Below are positions 60,401 to 64,000 of a DNA stretch of 64,000 bases, piece after piece (within the stretch, counting starts at the first letter, position 1; each line of letters starts with the position of its first letter). The notes under the pieces were generated by a model. The model saw only the letters and a program-made list of their open reading frames with translations. It had not been told where the DNA came from and did no database searches. Source of the DNA: Trichoplax adhaerens (taxonomy: Eukaryota; Animalia; Placozoa); NCBI RefSeq assembly GCF_000150275.1, contig NW_002060947.1, positions 8,340,043-8,404,042 of the forward strand, given 5' to 3'. The position numbers and the translations under genes were made by a program.

Positions 60401-62788
60401 TAATTATAGCCTGGACAAATGACGCATACGCGGCGTGCATATGCTAGTTTAGGATCTTGTCTCTTTTATAAGGTGTGTAGCAACACATACTTGTTGTTAT
60501 AGCGTATAGTAATTTTGAATTTGGACATTTTTTTCTATTCTTGACGATAGGGTTACTTGGTTGCTAGCCGTATGCGCGATGAAGACTTTTTAGACACTAG
60601 ATTATTATGTTTCTACTATGGTCTTTTGGATGCGTCTAAGCGCCATATTGGCGGTAATATAACACTTTGGCATAAGGTGCGATATTGCATACTGATGGTA
60701 ATTGCTATCGAAGAAATAATTAATGTAATATGAATTGCTTATACCATAGATGAATCTGCAAAGATTACAAGGTGAAAAACGTAGTTATGGGGTCTTCACT
60801 GAAGATAGCTACGTCTATTTACTGGTTGTATGCGTGGTAAATTTGATAGTTTGTGGTATATTTAATAACACATGTATTCGTGTAACTGCCTATCGCACTG
60901 AATTTCAGGATAATTAGCTTCTATTTCATAGCAGCTATTGTCGTTGTCGATAACAAACTGTACATACCTTACGAATGGATAAAAATATATTTTAATTAAC
61001 CTTTGTTATAATTTACTGCTTACTTTAGAATTCCTGTGTAATAGCTACCTTACTGGAATGTATTATTCCATCTGATACTATCAGGTAAAGTCATTAAGGA
61101 ACAACGCCCATCATTTTAGGGTAGACAAGTCTTACATATTGTAGTAAATTGATCAAGTATAACGTTTCTATAACAAATTTGATATTCATGACGTTTTTAT
61201 GGACGATTATGGTACTCACTAATAATATTTTATGATAATCAGTCAGAGCGAAGCCGATCCGATTTATGTTAATTCTGCTAGAGACACTATAAAATATCTA
61301 GAATGTGATGGCTTCTTTGCCATTTGCGATGACAGGTTCGTTTCGTGTGATTGGAATGAATTTCGGCATGAATGATAATATGAAAGGTTTTGATAATGTT
61401 GCAGTAGATACAAAATTAACCTTGTTAGCTTGGTAAGGGATCATGATACAAAATACTTTTAATATTTCGCAGGATAAACAATGTATCGTGTGCAGAGCTG
61501 GCATCAGCAGATACCTTCACTACTTCTGATAGCGCTGTGAAGCGTAGCTCATCGCTATCAGCATCATCTAGACGTTCTACTGTTAGTACAGGTAATACAC
61601 CCAATCATCACCGTCACCCTTCTGGTGGTAGTATTAATTTTTTACTGAGATCGCCGAATTTAAGCTTAAATGTCTCGCGCCATAAAAATCCGCCCAATTC
61701 ACCTGTGGTGGATCGTAAAGTGTTAAGTGCAAATGACGATGGTTCTGTATCCGCCGCTACGTTAAGAAATGGTAATTTTAAACTTGCTGATTTTCATATC
61801 TTTAATTATCCTTAGTACGCAAATATATCCGATATTATCATATACAGAGCTTCACGAATTAGGATATAGTGATGATCGAAATTAGCTATTGAATGACGAC
61901 GTTATCATCATTAGGAAATCCTGAAAAATTGTCAAGCTCCCATGGAAATGATTTATTAGAAGCTGATAGCTCGCAAGCTCGCGAACGGGCATCTTCTTAT
62001 GGATTACATAGAGCTTCCCCTATTGTTTCACGTAAAAATGCGATATCGGCGAATACTGCTTATTCCTATTTGGATACCACAGTTGAACAAAGCAGAAGCG
62101 AGGGATTTAGTATACGTAACGTTACCTCTGGAAAAATCAATGTCTTATTCCATTATATTGGTATAAATTCAAAAACGGGTATGTTAATAAGCCCTACATC
62201 GCGAGAATTGGCATCCATTGACGGAGCGCTACAGAGGAAAATCGTCACCAAATTTTATTGGGCCTGTGCTGTCATAAGAAATACTTTTTTATCGCGACAA
62301 GGTCAAGGAAAGGTTGGTAATGGAGTGATGATTCAAGAACACTAAAATGTTATGTGGCATATTTATGAAGATATTTTGATTATTGTGTTCATTTTAGAAG
62401 CCTGAAAATGTGTCGCCAAAATTTGTAAAGAAATCCCTAAATGTATATGAACAAGGTATCTTATTTACTCTTTCACCAGAACGCGTAGGAGGAGGAGGAG
62501 GAAAGAAATTACGTAAACCGCTCAGATACTGGGTTATAGGGTATGTTTTCGATAGACATGATACTGCATTAATTATTCATTAAATAATAGCAGAGATAGA
62601 AATTTTGAATGAGGTCTTCATTTGACCATGAATACAGTATTGACGATCATATTCTTGTTTCAAAACACAGGAGAATATTCCACGACAATTTTACTCCGAT
62701 ACATGAATTTTATTTTAGCTATCACGAATCTATCTCTCAAAATATTTGTGAAGTAGCTCACCGTATTGGTTTTGCATGGAATAAATAG
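57479..62788 (+). CDS. INTU: Protein inturned (CPLANE ciliogenesis/planar cell polarity effector; PDZ + longin domains), multi-exon
   Basis: Divergent PDZ (LGIKVQ..LQVAGIDSNSPAYRCGQLSIGDKLISINGHEVT), VPHVALCLTM, LRGLFLTMSDVL, LGSCLFYKGYLVAS, LTSG-like VTSGKINVLFHY, EQGILF, YWVIGR; C-terminal FYFSYHESISQNICEVAHRIGF. The short first exon (MATEEKEVKIGR) is less certain. Confidence 0.9.
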
Positions 62789-64000
62789 TAACGTAAAAGT
62801 GATAGTGGTATATATGATCCTGCAACTACACAGTAAAAAGAAGAAACATGCTCATCAATCGCAGGATTGATGATTATGTACTAGCTATAAAAAAATTGAA
62901 TTTTCAGTGATATTTTGAGATGTCGTAAAAGTATTCACCGACGTGTATTTCCCTGAAACAAGGGAAATTCCACTCTGCATTTGTATGTTGGTTGAATCGT
63001 CATAGCTCAATGACTGATATACACGTATATAAAATTTATTAGAAAGAATTCTTGAAAAATTTTTGATACTCAGTTTTCTATTTTCACGACATTTATATTT
63101 GATAATGTATATGGAGAAAATTTATGCTCAATCTTTTAATGATCTTTCTATCTGCTTTGTTTTGACCATGCGAAAATTTTTTACATTTGATTTGCATCAT
63201 TTGTACATATCATTATCAATTTTGAAATTATATACAGCATAGCGCTTCTAATGAAGGCAATAAAATAAGTTAATAATAAGGCAATCGGTTTATAATTAGT
63301 TCATGAATAGTCTGCTATGGAAGTAGGAACATAAGCCAATGCTGGTGCGAGCCTGGTGTCCATCCATGCTAAATTTGGATTATGACATAAAGTAAATTAA
63401 GTTCTTCTTTATTAATATCCTTTCAAATTTAATTTAGTAGTGACGAATTTTAGCTGAAGTTGCCAAAGTCTACTATGCAGGAGAAGCCAATTCGTTCATG
63501 GCCATTATTCATAATTATCCATCTTGTACTTGTATAATGTGAATTTTAAAATGGTCTCCTTCCTAAAAGTAATATCGATAGTGTTTAGAATATATAAAAT
63601 TATGACTAAGATCAGCAGCGTAGCTGGACTTGGACTGATTAGACCTAGACATGGACTACGACAAGTTAAGATTCTTTCTTCTAGTCGTCCAAGACCTAGG
63701 CAGCATGTGCAAAAACGCAGAAATATCATCATATGCTGCAATGATACTGCATCAGTTGAAATAGTATCCTTCAACTTCTAGATCATTGAAAGGCTCAAAT
63801 GCATCTAATTAGAATCAACGTATCAACAAGCTTATTATGCAATTTAGAGTAGGCAAAATAAGATATTTAAAGATGAAGAATTTTTCTTCAGCTCGATTTC
63901 TTGTTCTCTCAAAGCTGCATTATGGCAGGTTTATAGTCTACTATCTCGATCATCCACTATGGCCCATACAATATAGTACACAATATCTGTATTGTTGTCT

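Noticed and set aside
63505-63800. Overlapping 85-89-aa ORFs and a possible terminal exon (DAFEPFNDLEVEGYYFN*) or SECIS/snoRNA near the window end
   Set aside because: The ORFs have non-ATG starts and no recognisable homology, and I see no convincing SECIS core or C/D terminal stem; it cannot be resolved without the flanking sequence.

Overview
This is AT-rich, compact, intron-rich eukaryotic (animal) genomic DNA. The gene content, short introns and TACAG/TACTG tracts resemble a placozoan (Trichoplax-like) genome, but the organism call is inference. From manual exon assembly the window holds, in order: the last exon of SYF2 (+), ACAT2-type thiolase (+), CTP synthase (-), peroxiredoxin-4 (+), DDX18/HAS1 (-), SDAD1 (-), a tRNA-Gln(CTG) gene (+), an orphan 174-aa ORF in a ~13-kb gene-poor stretch (-), IBTK (-), MRPS15 (-) and Inturned (+). 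I see no transposase, CRISPR array or novel multi-gene system. The unusual signal is non-coding: (1) an array of five diverged units that each restart with the last 17 nt of the tRNA-Gln plus its Pol III terminator; (2) a six-copy ~130-bp repeat upstream of DDX18 that gains palindromic TACAG/CTGTA insertions towards one end; (3) palindromic pentamer tracts upstream of several genes; (4) a U12-type (minor spliceosome) intron in DDX18; (5) five mutually unrelated local tandem duplications with 125-300-bp units. Exon boundaries were read by eye and may be off by a few bases.
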